A stretch of DNA of 64,000 bases from Vicugna vicugna (Eukaryota). Location: NCBI GenBank assembly GCA_013265495.1, contig MU058065.1, forward strand, positions 9,217,819-9,281,818, given 5' to 3'. Positions 38,216 to 51,596 of the stretch are shown one piece after another. Positions within the stretch are counted from its first letter, which is position 1; each line of letters starts with the position of its first letter. The position numbers and the translations under genes were made by a program. The notes beneath the pieces are model-generated. The model worked only from the letters and a program-made list of their open reading frames with translations. It searched no databases and was not told where the DNA came from.

Positions 38216-41200
38216 TCTCTCTGTGTGTCCTTCTCCATCACCTCTTTCAGGTCTTTGCTCACATGCTGCCGTCTTAGTGGGTCCTTCCAGTGTTATCTTT
38301 CTAGCAACTGGCTTTGCTCCCCTTTTCTGCCTGACCCCAGCACTCACCATCCCTCTTGCCCACTTCATTTCCCTCTTTCACCAACTTCCTGCGTATTATA
38401 CTCATTTTCTTTCTTGCCTGCCTTCCCCTCCATCCCACCTGTAGAAGGTCAAGTCCGTCATGTTCACTGCTGCATTCTCAGGGCCGAGAACAGTGGCTGG
38501 CACAACAGTCTATAATATCGGTTAAATAGATCAAATAAACCTTTAATCACATGTTTGAAAATATCGGATTGTTCTAAGAATTCATATCAAAAGATGAAGA
38601 CAGACTATGAGGACTTTGCTTGGGTTTCTTAGCTTGATATTTAGTGACTTCTGCAAAAAAAAAAAAGGGGAAAATTTTTCAAATGGTATGATAATTTCTA
38701 AAATAGATGAATACTTCTTGAAGTATTCGTAATAGAGAACAGAAAACAGTGAAGTTGTTCAGGTATGAGATGTGAATATAACAAGGATAACGTTAAAGCT
38801 AAATATTCACAGATGAACTCGTGCTGTCAGTAGAATTATTGGTGATTTTAAGCTGTGAACGTCAAAAAATTTGTGAGTGGGAAATACGCAATTCTAAGAT
38901 TCCTTTCAACTCTAAAATTCTGTGGGTATATGATCCTCCTGTTTAAGAAGTATGTGCTTTATTTTAGGGAAAAATGCATTAGAATTTTTTTTTAATGTGA
39001 ATGAATGACTGATTTGCTTCACAGAATGCCTAGGTAATAGGGTATATATGGGGCCATTTCATTCTTCAGAGTTCCTGAGGTCATAGTCAAAATTAGAGAA
39101 ATCGAAGATGAGTTAACGTGTCTAGATTTAAAGCCTGGTTTTGTCCTTTTCCAACTTCATAGTCATCTGGGCACTTGTGACAGAAATTCTTCTTATCAAT
39201 GTGGAGATGTAGCTGTGAGGTCTTGCTTACATGGAAAGAAGGCAGATATTTTCCAGTTCTCTGTATAGAGGTAACTCTCAGGAAATAAGTCTCATTAACT
39301 CTTTTTGAGTGACTGGTGACCAAGACCTGGCTTATTTACACTGGAGATCTTAGTGAATGGAACAATACATTTTTTGTTAAGCGTATACCTCTTTTTCCCA
39401 GTATCCCCACAAAAGCATGTAAGGAAAGAGTCCTCGTGGAATTGGCTAGAAAGGAGAAGAATATTGGATTTTTCCAGAGGCAGTGGGGAGTTTTGAGGTG
39501 ATTGGGTGATGGATTGGGGAAAGCATAGAGTTAGAACTGCACAAAAAATTTTGAATAGACACAGAATCCATGCCGACAGTCATGCCTTCAGAGTTCCTAT
39601 TTCCATAACACGAGGCAGGGCAATAGCCTTTGGAAGTTTCTCTTCACTCAGTGTTGCTGTAATTTAAAATTATAGTCTTTTGATTCTGGTAAATGTAAGT
39701 ATCTTCATGCATGCTAAAGATTTTTCTAGATTTGTGAATTTAGGATGTTGCAGTTTTAAGTGAATAAATGAAAACTTTATGAGAAATCATCATTCTTAGC
39801 TGTGCTTGTGGGGGCTCATGTATTTTGAGGCAGGTCTGTCTATCTACTTGTGTATCTATCCATCCATTTCCCCTCCCCCCCCAAAAATCCAAAGAGCTGT
39901 ATGTGTGTATATGGACTTCAGTTGCTCCGATTGCATTTATTTGGTCTTTGATAGTTCAAAAGTAAGTGAGGAATATGAATGGGAGCTAATTATTCTATGT
40001 CCTCACACTGAAAATTGACTAGAGACAACTTACTATTTTACAGTCAGTACTATAAAGTAGATAGCTTTTAAAACGTTGGAGCAAAGGAAACAGAATATAA
40101 ATGAGATGCAAGCACAAGTTAATAGCATGACGTCCTCTGTGGTTTTTGAACTTGGATTTTTCATTTCCTGGTCATCAAAAGAGGGAAATATTGATTGGTT
40201 ACAAAATTATTTTTGCACATAAGATCAAAGCACTTGAGTTGCTCAAGAGGAGAAAAGTTTTTCTTACCAGTTAGGTTTAAAAGAGATTTTGAAGTCTTAT
40301 GGGGCTTATGAAGTGAAGGATGTCATCTTGAGCAACACCTCCCAGAACTTCCCTGCAGAAAATTAAGTAGTGGATTTTATATGGCTGCTTTATTCGGCCA
40401 CTTCACTAAGGAGAAGCAGAAGACATGACACCAAAGCACAGGTTAGGAATAGCAAGTCTATAAGACATGCAAGTTGGTGGTTGTCATCCTGGGCTGCTCG
40501 GTTCTGCTCACCACAGAATTCGGTCAAATCTGTAGAGTGTGGCGGAAAGGGTAGTGAGGCATCGGCTCCCTGGGTGATTCCAGTGTGTGTCCAAGATTGA
40601 GAACCACAAGCACAAGTACCTAGCATATTGGTGGTTTGCCTTGATTCAGGAACACAAGGAACAGATAGATTGCCGTTTCTCCCTCAGGTTTTGTCTGTTC
40701 CTTTATTTGATTTCTGTTTCCGTATAACTGGGCTTTGAATTAATGGTGGTGTACTTAATTCATACAATTAGAGGTTATATTCTCTGGAAAGGGCCCGGAG
40801 TATACATACTCTGTTGTCAGTGAAAGACAGAGCCTTTATTTTAAAACCAACCGAGTCATCATTTTATGAAAGTTGAGGAAGCAAACCAAGGCTTGTTTGA
40901 ATAGATGGCCCCCTCCTCTCTGTAGGGATGTGGGCCATAGACACAACAGATAGAAGATGCTTTGGACTGGAACTAGCTCATGATGGTGAGTAGGCAACTG
41001 TGCAGGGTAGAGGGATGGTCCCAGTCTTCGGGCTGGGGAGTTACCGCAGAGATTGATATTTCCTCAGTCAGTGGGTATTTGAAGTACACGTATCTGGAGA
41101 GAGCAGTTGTGTGTGTGTGTGTTTGTGTGTGTTCTTCTTTTTAAAAAATGTGTTTTCTTCTTCTTTTTTTTTAAACCTTAAGCAGTAAGGTTAGGAACCA

Positions 41201-42204
41201 TAGAATATTTTTAGGAATTGGGATTCCATTTTTGAATGACTATTTACACAAATTGCAGAGAAATCTCTACCGATAGTGTTCACAAGTCTGAAACCTCCTG
41301 AGAAATGTCACTGTGTTCCAAATCTTTGTAGATTTTCTTCTGTCGCTAAGCCTGCTATTAGCGTATGGAAAACTCCATTGAGGGTCATTTGGCATCGGTC
41401 TAGGACATGTCACTAAATTGGTTCAAGAATTCACGTTGAAGATAGAAGCTTGTCTTGTGCTTATAGTCTATCATAAAAACACATCGGCACCATGAATAAC
41501 TGCCAAGGACCCAGTCTGTGGCCAGAGGCCTCCCGGCATGGTCTGTTCTCATCCAGGATCTCCTGCCCTGCCCTGCTGATCTGGGAGGATTATTGCTGGC
41601 CTTCAGGACTTTATTCTTTGTTTCTCAGAGTTTAGTCTTTGAGGGCAAAGTCTTTATCAGAAGACGCTTCCCCCTGCAGGCGTGTAATCATACCAACTGC
41701 CTGCTCACAGATGCGAGTGGTTTTTTTCCTCTCAGACATATGTGTTATCTGTGTATGTGATATTTCAACACAGTCATTTTCTTGTGGCTTCTTTGCAGAC
41801 ATGATGACCTGGCTTAAAAAAACTTGAAAGCTGATGTTTGCATGCTCTGTATTTAAGTCCATTTTGGGGCTGTGCTTTCTGTGTGCTGGAGTGACGCGGG
41901 AGTTGTTTTGGGCCCCTTTGTGAGTGTCACGGCACTTACTGTGTATCAGCATTAAGTCTTCCTCCAGTAGTAGCTCAGGGCGTTGTTGCTTCATCATCTC
42001 CTGCCTAAAGTATGGGCCAAGTTCTGCCAGGGAGTGGTGGAGAGCCAGGGCGGCTTGTGGAGAGGGAGTGACCTGTTCCCATTTTAGAAGGAGGGGGGTT
42101 GCAACGAAGCCAGCCTGCAGACCTAGTGGCATATGGTATTTGTGGTTTACCCATTCTTACGTGGCCACTTTGAAGCCATTTTTAAAAGGCAGACATTTTA
42201 GCAT

Positions 42205-42210
42205 CACACA

Positions 42211-42248
<38 letters not shown>
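42205..42248 (+). repeat. (CA)n microsatellite
   Basis: Directly visible, with two interruptions. Confidence 0.95.
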
Positions 42249-42397
42249 ATAGTAACCCAATATTGTACAGAACAGATCTCCTGGTATCTTGATCCTACCT
42301 TCCCTTCTTTATTGAAGCCCCTTCCTTATGAAGGAAGGACTGGGGTAAAGGAGGGAGTGGGAGTGAGAACCACCTGGAGGACACACCCAAGAGAGGA

Positions 42398-42593
42398 ACA
42401 TTTAGATTGCTTTGGGTAGTGTAGCCATTTTGATAATGTTGTTTCTTCCAGTCCAAGAGTACAGGGTATCTTTCCATTTCTTTGTATCATCTTCAATTTC
42501 CTTCATCAGTGTTTTACAGTTTTCAGAATATAGGTAGCCTCCTTGGTTAAATTTATTTTTAGGTATTTTGTTGTTTTTGATGCAGTGGAAATG
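42398..42593 (-). mobile_element. L1 ORF2 internal fragment
   Basis: tagattgctttgggtagtgtagccatttt...gggtatctttccatttctttgtatcatcttcaatttccttcatcagtgtttta is the reverse of the L1 ORF2 'DIPCSWIGR..MAILPK' region. Confidence 0.85.
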
Positions 42594-42660
42594 TTTATGT
42601 CATTTATAAAATTCTGGTTTTTGAAGTGCCAAAAAAAAAAAAAAAGTGACTGAAGGACCA

Positions 42661-43170
42661 TAAATGGCAGAATATCCTCCTTTTTTGTGGGTGAATTGTG
42701 TTCCATTGTATACATATATGCTACATCTTCTTTGTCTATTCACCTATTGATGTGCACCTGGGATGCTTTCATATCTTGGCAATTATAAATAATACTGCTG
42801 TTGATAGCGGGGTGTATGTATCTTTCTGAATTAATGTTTTTGTTTTTCTCGGATATATGTCCAGGAGTGGAATTGCTGGGCCATATGGTGGTTGTATTTT
42901 TAGGTTTTTGAGAAACCTTCATATTGTTTCCCATAGTGGCTATACCAATTTACATTCCCACCAACATCCTTTGTTATTTGTGTTCTTTTTGATGGTAGCT
43001 GTTCTGACAGGTGGGAGATGATGTCTCATTGTGATTTTGATTTGTATTTCTCTGATATTAGTAATGTTCAGCAGCTTTTCATGTTCCTGTTGGCCATCTA
43101 CATTTCCTCTTTTGGAAACATGTTTGTTCAGTTCTCTGCCCATATTTTAAATGGATTATTTACTTGTTTG
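42661..43170 (-). mobile_element. L1 ORF2 C-terminal fragment
   Basis: ccaggagtggaattgctgggccatatgg...ccatagtggctataccaatttacattcccaccaaca. The minus-strand ORF contains [18 protein letters not shown], resembling the L1 ORF2 C-terminus. Confidence 0.9.
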
Positions 43171-43210
43171 TTTGCTTTTTAATTGAAATATAGTTGATTT
43201 AAAATGTTGG

Positions 43211-43803
43211 GAAAAAAAGATACATGCACCCCAATGTTCAGAGAAGTGCTGCTTACAGTAGCCAAGACATGGAAGTGACCTCAGTGTCCATTGACAGATG
43301 ACTGGATAGCGAGGGTGTGGTATATGTATATGCAATGAAATATTGCTCAGCCATTGGAAAGAATGAAGTCATGCCATTTGCAGCAAAATGGATGGACCTG
43401 GAGATTATCATATTAAGTGAAGTCAGACAGAGAAAGACAGATATCATAAAATATCACTTACATGTGGAATCTAAAAAATAAAAATATAATTTTTTCATTC
43501 ATTTATGCAAATGAGTCTATATACAAAACAGAAACATTGAAAACAAACTTATGGCTACCAAAGAGGAAAGGGAGGGCGAGGGATAAATTAGGAGTTTGGG
43601 TTTAATAAATGCTAACTTCTAAACATAAAAGAGATAAGCAATAGCACAGGGAACAATACTCAGTATCGTGTAATAACCTATAATGGAAAATAATCTGAAA
43701 AAATATATATATATTCACACATAACTGAATCATTTTGCAGTATACCTGAAAACTAATACAGTATTGTAAATCAACTATACTTCAATTAAAAAAAAACAAA
43801 AAG
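43211..43803 (+). mobile_element. L1 3' end (ORF2 end, 3' UTR, A tail)
   Basis: aaagatacatgcaccccaatgttca...atggatggacctggagattatcatattaagtgaagt...tgtaaatcaactatacttcaattaaaaaaa. Confidence 0.9.
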
Positions 43804-46800
43804 ACACCCAAGTGAGGAGCAGTCATCCTTGGTTTACCCCAGGGAGGGCTGTCATCCCCCAAGCTTAGCACCTGCTTGGTTCTCCCAGGGGGCTTTGATC
43901 TTGATGGTCTGATTCGTAATCCTCTGATTTCCTCCCTTTAGTCATTGAGTTTCTTTTTAAAATTGAGACATGGATTTGACTATGTAATTTTTTTTTCCTG
44001 TTTGGAAATCCAGAGGAAAGGTTTCTGCATTTTATGTGTCCTGAATTTGTAAGCCTTATTGGAATAGGTACACACTAAACCCTGGTGGTTTGCAGGGGAG
44101 GAGAGCCTCTGGGCCACATTTGGATCACGCCAGTTCAGTCCAGACAGCTACGAAATCTCCAGCATATGCCCAGCACTTCCGTCTGGTGCCTGAGCAAAAT
44201 GCATGCGTTACACATAAAATCAGAGTACTCCACAGAATCATAGTTTTGGAGGACAGGAATGATACAACCTTGTTTGGAGTTTAACAAATTTGGGGGGAAA
44301 ACTTTGTTACAAAAGCACATAAAAGGAAGAAGTTAAATCTGGCTGTGGTGAGGACAGGATTAGGAATGGAGAAAGTCATGGTAATGAAAAATGATACCAG
44401 ATTTTGACAGCATTGTATCAAGATGGCTTGTGAAAGGGTCTTGCTTGGATAAAGCAAACCCCTTTAAGAGTTACTGAGGCTCAGGCCAGAAATGAGGAAC
44501 TCTTAAAGGCCAAGGCAATAGAAAACCAGTGATGGAGAGGCGAGGAAGGAGTTGATTTGGAAGGTATTGGGTACCTGGAGGAAGAAGTCAAGCAAAATTT
44601 TAATTTGAAAAAATTTTTTTTCTGGTACCAGTGTCCCTCATGCTTTAGGGAAAAATTGTTGTTGTTGTCTTTTAAGTAAGTCACATAGACCAAATGACCT
44701 GTCCTCAGATGACTAAATTATTACCTAGTTAGATAGTACATGATTTCTCTAAGCTGAGCACCTAAGGGTGGGGATGATACATTTGGTATTCCTCTGCCTG
44801 ACACTCTCCCTGGCACGTGGGATGTTGATTGAATTAATGAGTACTAAATTCTCTTAAAATGATTTCCAAAATGTTTCTTTCCTTACAATATCAATATCAT
44901 GATTTGAATTTAACTACTGTCAGGAAGTCTCATTTTATTTTTTTTTGCCAATTCATTTTCCTTTCTGCCCAGTAATATATATAAATCCAGGCATTCCGTT
45001 GTATATACACAGTGGTCTCTGTGTGTGTCTGTTTATAATCAGACATCTTATTAATATTTGTTGATTTCATTCAATTTTGCATCCCCTCTAGGAAATGGTG
45101 GTAGATCTTGCTCTCCAAATGTGGATAGATGTGTGACCTTGATTCTGTAACATGCACACTTAGTCCCATGTGGCCTTTCAGTCTTTCCTTCAGCGCTTGC
45201 TCCGTTGCAGGCAGTGTACAGGAGGCAACCTCTGCACAGCTCTGCAAGGCTGGAAGCACAGCCCAGAGTTCAAGAAGTTGATAGCTTTCACTACTGTCCA
45301 CTCGCTCTTGGTGCATTTTTGTTTTTTTAAATAAACCAAAGCATTGTGTACTTGGGATTCCCAGTCGGATACCATCCCCACCCAGTGCCTCCCTTGGTAA
45401 CCACAGCCAGGTTTCTCAGCACTTCTTCAGCACGTCATGCCGTGCAAGGTCCCCAGCACAGCACTCTGTCGTGGACGAGTGTCCCTGTGTCTCTCTCACT
45501 AGGGGGTCGCTGGAACTCCATCTCATGGTGTTGCATCCTGTGTACCTGCAGGCTCTGGGGGGCTCTCCTAGGGGGCTATGGATGACGCAGAGTGCTTGAC
45601 ATATGAATGTTGTAAACACGAAAGATTCACTTTACTGCATAGTCTTAACTGTTCGGGATGTGGCGTGAAACACCTTAGATAGGAATGTGTGTTTCAACGC
45701 TACACAAAGACACACAAAGTAGCATACGAAGTGGCACATTTTTAGGCTTTAAATCAGTAAGAAACGTCTGTCGGAAAATCATTTAGCATTTTGAAGACTT
45801 GAAATCTTTCTATTTACTTTAATGAATAAAACATCAAGTCCTGAGGACAGTTAAGATGGTCTTTGGAATAACTTCTCTTGGGATAGTTTTTTTTTCTCCC
45901 AGAATTGAGTTGCCTATAATAAAGTCATAAAAACTGATTATGAAATTGGTTGAAATAAGCAATTTTGCCAAAAAGCTTAGAAACAGTTGTCTTGGGAATT
46001 TGTTTAAATTGTATTTACCTCGAGCAGGAAAGGCTATTCTGTAGTTAGTAACTGTGAAGTTACTTTTATGAGCACTGGGTAATAAAAGATGATTGTTAGT
46101 GTTCTTTTGTTAAAAGAACTGCTAAAAATACACTGAGGGCTTATTGAATTTGAATTAAGAGCCCAGTTGTCTATTTGTTTTTTCCCCCAGATCAGGTGTG
46201 TTTTGTTAATTTCTGGAGAAGGGAAATAACATAATTTCCTCCTTGTTCTTCTGTTCCTCCCAGCCTCTGTCCTTGCACGCGCCTTGGGGTTCAGATTTTT
46301 GCAGCTTTCTGTGACACACCTTTCTCCGTAAGAGTCATTTTTTCCCTTTTTGAAAATGTTTTAAGGAGATGACTGATGTGTTTCTTACCTTCTCCCACGC
46401 GGCCTTTTGGGGGGACTTCCTGTCTTTGCTGTTCAAGGACAGATTCTCTTAATCTTCGTTCTCGCACCCTCCCAGTGAGGGAGGTCATGCCTCTCAGCTC
46501 AGCCTCCATCCTTGCGGATGCTCTGCTCCAGCCTCCACATACTGTTCCATTTTAGTTATTAGGGGACTGATTGAAGACAGGAGAAACCATCCACACACTT
46601 CATTAACTTGTGAGATAAGACCTCTGCAGCCTCAGAGAGTGATAATTACTTGTGACTGCTTGCCAAGCCCAAGGCAGGATGCTGGCCTGTGGAGGTCTCT
46701 TCCCGTGGCCTCTCATGCTCAGGGCACCATTTTCAGAAGGAAGTCCTCAGCAGCGCAGGGAATTGCTAAATTCCAAAGAGCAGCTTCCAGGCCCCGAAGG

Positions 46801-47924
46801 CAGATGTTTCCTCCTCACTGCCTTCAAGTCTTAAGTCCAGTCCTTTTCCTTCCTGGCATAAGTTAGTCTTTTGAAACTTCTTATCTACATCCTAATGCAT
46901 GGCTTCAATACCTGGCTTTTGTAACCCACCTTTGGGAAAGAGTCACCCTTTGGCCCAGTCCACCTTCACATCAGTCTCCAGGAAAAAGGAAGGTGTTTGC
47001 TTTGTCCAGTGACATTCAGCTGGCTGATCCTAGACTGGGTAGATTTGAAGAGCTCCATTATGATGACTAGGTCACCAGAGCTTCTTCATCACAGGAGAAC
47101 TGTAGATACAATTTCTGAAATCTTGAAAGAAGGTTACCCCTGAAGTGCTCTTTGCTGTTTGTTTTGGATTGTATCCCATAACTAGCATGAGAACTTGTGA
47201 AATAAAGAGCTTTGTTTATAAATTCTAATACTGAGGTAGAAGAATTCCTTGTCTAATTACACAGGGATTTCTCTTATTCCTTAAAACATTTCTACACATG
47301 TGAACCGCTTTCATACACACAGACCATTCAAGTGCTGTGGCTTTGTCCCTAGAGTGGTTACATTTGACTGTCAAAGTCTTTTTGAGTGACCCATTAAGAA
47401 AAAAAGAGAAAGAGACTTGGTGTACATTGAGGTTGACTCAGGCAATATATGAAGTTTTGCAAAAATACTGTGGAGTCTCTTTTTTGAAAGCCAGTGTAAT
47501 TCTAGAAAAAAAAGAAACTTTTGGTGCCTATTTGTCATGTCTTATTTTGAAGCTTATGACTTCTGAGCTTTATTTGATGCCTTAACTGTTGTCACTTCAG
47601 AACAGATGTCATCTTAAAACGATTCATCCCAGATGAGATTATTCCTGTTTTGTACTTAATAGAAACAAGCCTTCTTTTCCAATTATGTTGCCTAAAGAAA
47701 GCAATGTAACTAATTATGTTTAGAACATAAGAATGTATACGAAGTTAGTAAGTATTGAGAAACTATTAGAAGCTATCAGAAAAAAGCTTGTAGCTAGTTT
47801 TTAAGGATAATTAAGTTTCATTGGTACTTTGCTTTATGTCATACCATGGCTTAGCATCCTTTCAATTGAGATGGCAACTAGGGACCTCTTTGAGTTTAGA
47901 TGTATAAGGTGAAAAGTACAATGC

Positions 47925-48375
47925 ACTTTTCTTTTTTTGGACTAGTTGTTTTGGCATGGTATATCTTTTCCCATCTGACTTCCTTTTGGCCTATCTGTGT
48001 CTCATATTTTAAATATGACTCATGTAATTGAGTTTTGCTTTTATATCCATTTTAACATACTCTGCCTTTTAATTGGAGTATTTTGTCCATTAGTATTTAG
48101 TGTGATTATTAATATGGTTGAACTTAGGTTCACCATTTAATAATTTACTTTCTGTTTATTCCCTCTGTTTTTTTTCTTTTCTTGCCTTCTTTTGGATAAT
48201 TTGAAAAACCTTTTTAAAAATTCCATCTTAATTACTTTGTTATTTTGTAGCTCTTTGTGTTATTATTTTGTGTTTGTCCACGGTATAACAGACAACCTTA
48301 AGTTTTCAAGATCTGTATAGAGTTAACAGTACCACTTTAAGTAAAATACAGAAATCTTGCAACCATTTAGGTCTT
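47925..48375 (-). mobile_element. Old L1M fragment
   Basis: ttggcatggtatatcttttcccatc...tctgccttttaattggagtatttt...gtgattattaatatggttg. Confidence 0.7.
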
Positions 48376-48475
48376 CTCTTACTCTGAGGCTTGGGTAGTT
48401 GGGAATGCTTACCATTGTTGTGGTTATGTGAGGATAACTGTATTGTAGTAAATATGTTAATTTACCATGGGTCTA

Positions 48476-48917
48476 GAAGCACACCTCAGAGATATTGTAG
48501 GTTTGGTTCCAGATCACTGCAATAAAGCAAATATCTCAATAAAGTGAGTCGTGTGAGTTTTCTGGTTTCCTTGTGCATATAAAAAATATGTTTACACTAT
48601 ATGGTAGTCTGTAAAGTATGCAATAACATTATGTCTTTAGGTAAGTAATATACATACATTAACTTAAAAATACAAAACAAAAAAGACATAGTACTAACGT
48701 CAAAGATCACAGGTCACAGATCACCATAACAAATATAATAATAATGAAAAAGTTTGAATTACAAAATGTGACAGGGATATGAAAGTGAGCAAATGCTGTT
48801 GGAAAAATGGTGCTGATAGACATTTTCGATGCAAGGTTGCTAGAAACCTTTAGTTTGTAAAAACATAGTATCTGTGAAGTGCAATGAAGTGGAGCATATT
48901 AAAACGACGTGTGCCTG
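48476..48917 (-). mobile_element. Internally deleted Tigger1-derived element (TcMar-Tigger)
   Basis: Both Tigger1 ends are present (gaagcacacctcagagatattg...ggttccagatcactgcaataaagc and aaagatcac...cagatcaccataacaaatataataataatgaaaaagtttgaa...gacgtgtgcctg) with no transposase between them. Confidence 0.85.
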
Positions 48918-51596
48918 CGCTGGCATAGGACGAGAGTGCACTTAGAGCGTTCCAAGATAAAAAGCTATAGTTACTTGTCACAAATAAGTATAAAAACTTA
49001 ATTTCCCCTTAAGATGCGATAGGAAGGGCGTGGCACTAATGTAACAGGGTGATATTTTTCAATCGAGTGAACGTTTCTGAGTTAAGAATATGAGACAATT
49101 ATAGACAGATATCGGTAACAGTATTTCCCAAGTAAGGCCAGCATTGTGACTCTCCTTAAAAACAAACAAGCAAATAAACAGATAAACAGACCTCAGGATT
49201 ACTGTGCAAAACACACAGCGCATAATTCCCTTCCTCCTTTTCCTTCTCTTCCATGTCCTAGTTGTGGACTGCTTAAGCCCTTAATCAGGTTCAGAATGAA
49301 GCTAGAAATTGGTGGAACACTTAGAAGTTAGGATTTTTTTTTAACTCTTATTATTTTGTTGCTTAATTAAAACACACAAAGTTTTTAGGACTGGACCAGA
49401 GCTAGACGAGAAAGAAATAATTAAGATTTGTGGATCTCAATGTGGATGTGAATTTGGAGACGGAGCTATTTTTGAGAGGGTTAAATTCAGAAGCAGAATT
49501 TCCCTAGTGTGATTTGAAAGTATTCTGGGATTCAGAATGGAGTGAAAGGGAATACCATTTTGAGAGCTTTTCAAAAAAAGGGCAGAAACGAAAAGGTGGC
49601 AGTCATAATCTAAGTTCAGGAAAGTTTCCTGAGACCAAATCCGTTGTATTAAGCACTTTGGCTAACGGAGATGACAAACTGGAAATCCTCAGGCGGGATT
49701 AGACCGCTTCAGAGAGCGATGCCTGGAGCACCTACCTCATTAGGGGAGAGCCAGCGAGACTGAAGAGCAGGGCTCTGCTGGATGAACCCAAGCTTTAGGT
49801 GGTGGTGCGTGATGTTTTGGGTGTCACGTTGTCTTTTTTGCTTCGCGCTGTAGGTGAAATAAACTTAGGAAACAGCAGGGTGGAGAGCATGGAGTTTTGG
49901 GAGACGAAGCCCCACCATCACCCTTGATGCCCACAAAAGCAGAACCGCTGTGGGTAGTGACACGCTGAGCAGAAATAAGGGTGGAGAAGGAACAAATACG
50001 GGCTAGATCATTTTGAACATGCCACCCAATCTTCCGCTCTGACAGAAAATAACAGATGAGCCCCAAAGCAAACTTCCAAAAACTAAAAGCAATAGATAGA
50101 TACAGCTGTTTGCAAACGTGCAGTCAGAATGCTTGGTATCGGGGAAAGATGGCTCTCAGCGCACAGATGGCTCGCTGATCTGGAAGTGCAGCTGGGGGAC
50201 TTGCATTCAAATGGCAGGCAGTCTCTATTCTTGGAGCTCAACCAGAGGACAGCAGTGGATGGACCCGCGCCCTTGATGTGGTGGGGTGAGAGCCACTCTC
50301 ACCCCTTGCGTTGTCGTCACTGTCCTGTAATGAACTGCCCTTTCTTGTGTGTGGTAAGTGACAGTGCTGACATGCTCACAAAATAATGCGAAGCATATGG
50401 GTCACAAGTGTTTTTAAGTAAAAACTTCTCTAAAGATTTATTTAGCTTCCTTAATTATAGGGTGGTTGGGAAGACGGGCATGTGGTTTCAGTTTGGTTAT
50501 AAATGTTGGCCTGGGTGATGACTACGTGCTAATGCTGCCAGAGAGAAAGAGAACATGGCTGGCAGGGGAGCTTGTGTTCTCCAGGGCCTCCCTTTTGTCC
50601 TTTTTTCTTCCCCCAAAGTGAAGTCAAGAGCTGTGTTTATGAATAAGTATGATGACATCTAAGCTCTGCTTGACGTGGGTGTGCCCGTGGTCCAAGCCCA
50701 AGCCAACTGACCCAGGGCCGAAGCACCTTAATTGGTAAATTTTCACTGCAGTTTGCAATCAGTGGCTCTCTGGAGTCCTGACAAAATAACTATCTCATTT
50801 AGCCTTTATCTTCAATTAAAATATCCTCCCCATGGGATTGAATCAAGCCCAGAGTCAGGAGCCGTTAGTTATGCATTGCTGTCTAGGTAGACGGAAGAAA
50901 AGTGTTCACTAGGTGTTTTGATTTGAAATAAACCTATGGCAGGGTCACCTGGCGATCTTCTGAAGCTCTCGTGTGTGTGTGTGCGTGCACCCATGTACAC
51001 ACGCACGCACAGTCAGTCAGACGTGGTGATTCATGTGAGAAGTAATTTTGCATCATTTGAGACCCGGCACTAGGATAACAGGGAAAGCTAACTTGCAGTC
51101 CTGGGAGCAGAGGAAAAGGTGTGTGTTGACCCATGAAGAGGATGGCGAATATGTATGCTTGGAGAAGTTCAGTTGTGTTTGCTGTAACATGCTCTCCTGC
51201 CTTTCTCGCCAATGGTGAAAATGGTGGTGGCATCGCTGAGCTATTGTCTGAAGGTGGGAGGATGGGAGGGAGCAAGGTTAATAAGAAATCCAAGTAAAGC
51301 TTTCCTTCCCTGTGTGAAGGTCATAGAAGACATGAATTTCCTGTTTACCACTCTTCACGGAGCTCAGTCCAGTAGGGACTTTGTCAGGGACTTGGAGAGG
51401 ATCCACTCATTCATTCGTTCATATTTTGATATGGTTGGTGTCTTTGCTTATAGCTCTGTGGGATGCACTAAGGTTAATTCCATAGAAAGGCTGTGCCCTG
51501 ATAAGGGATAAGAAGTTTGCATAACCAATTATAATACAGAAAGACATCGGACATTTATCCAGGACTTGATTACTTTTCAGCTGCTTTCATAGTTTT

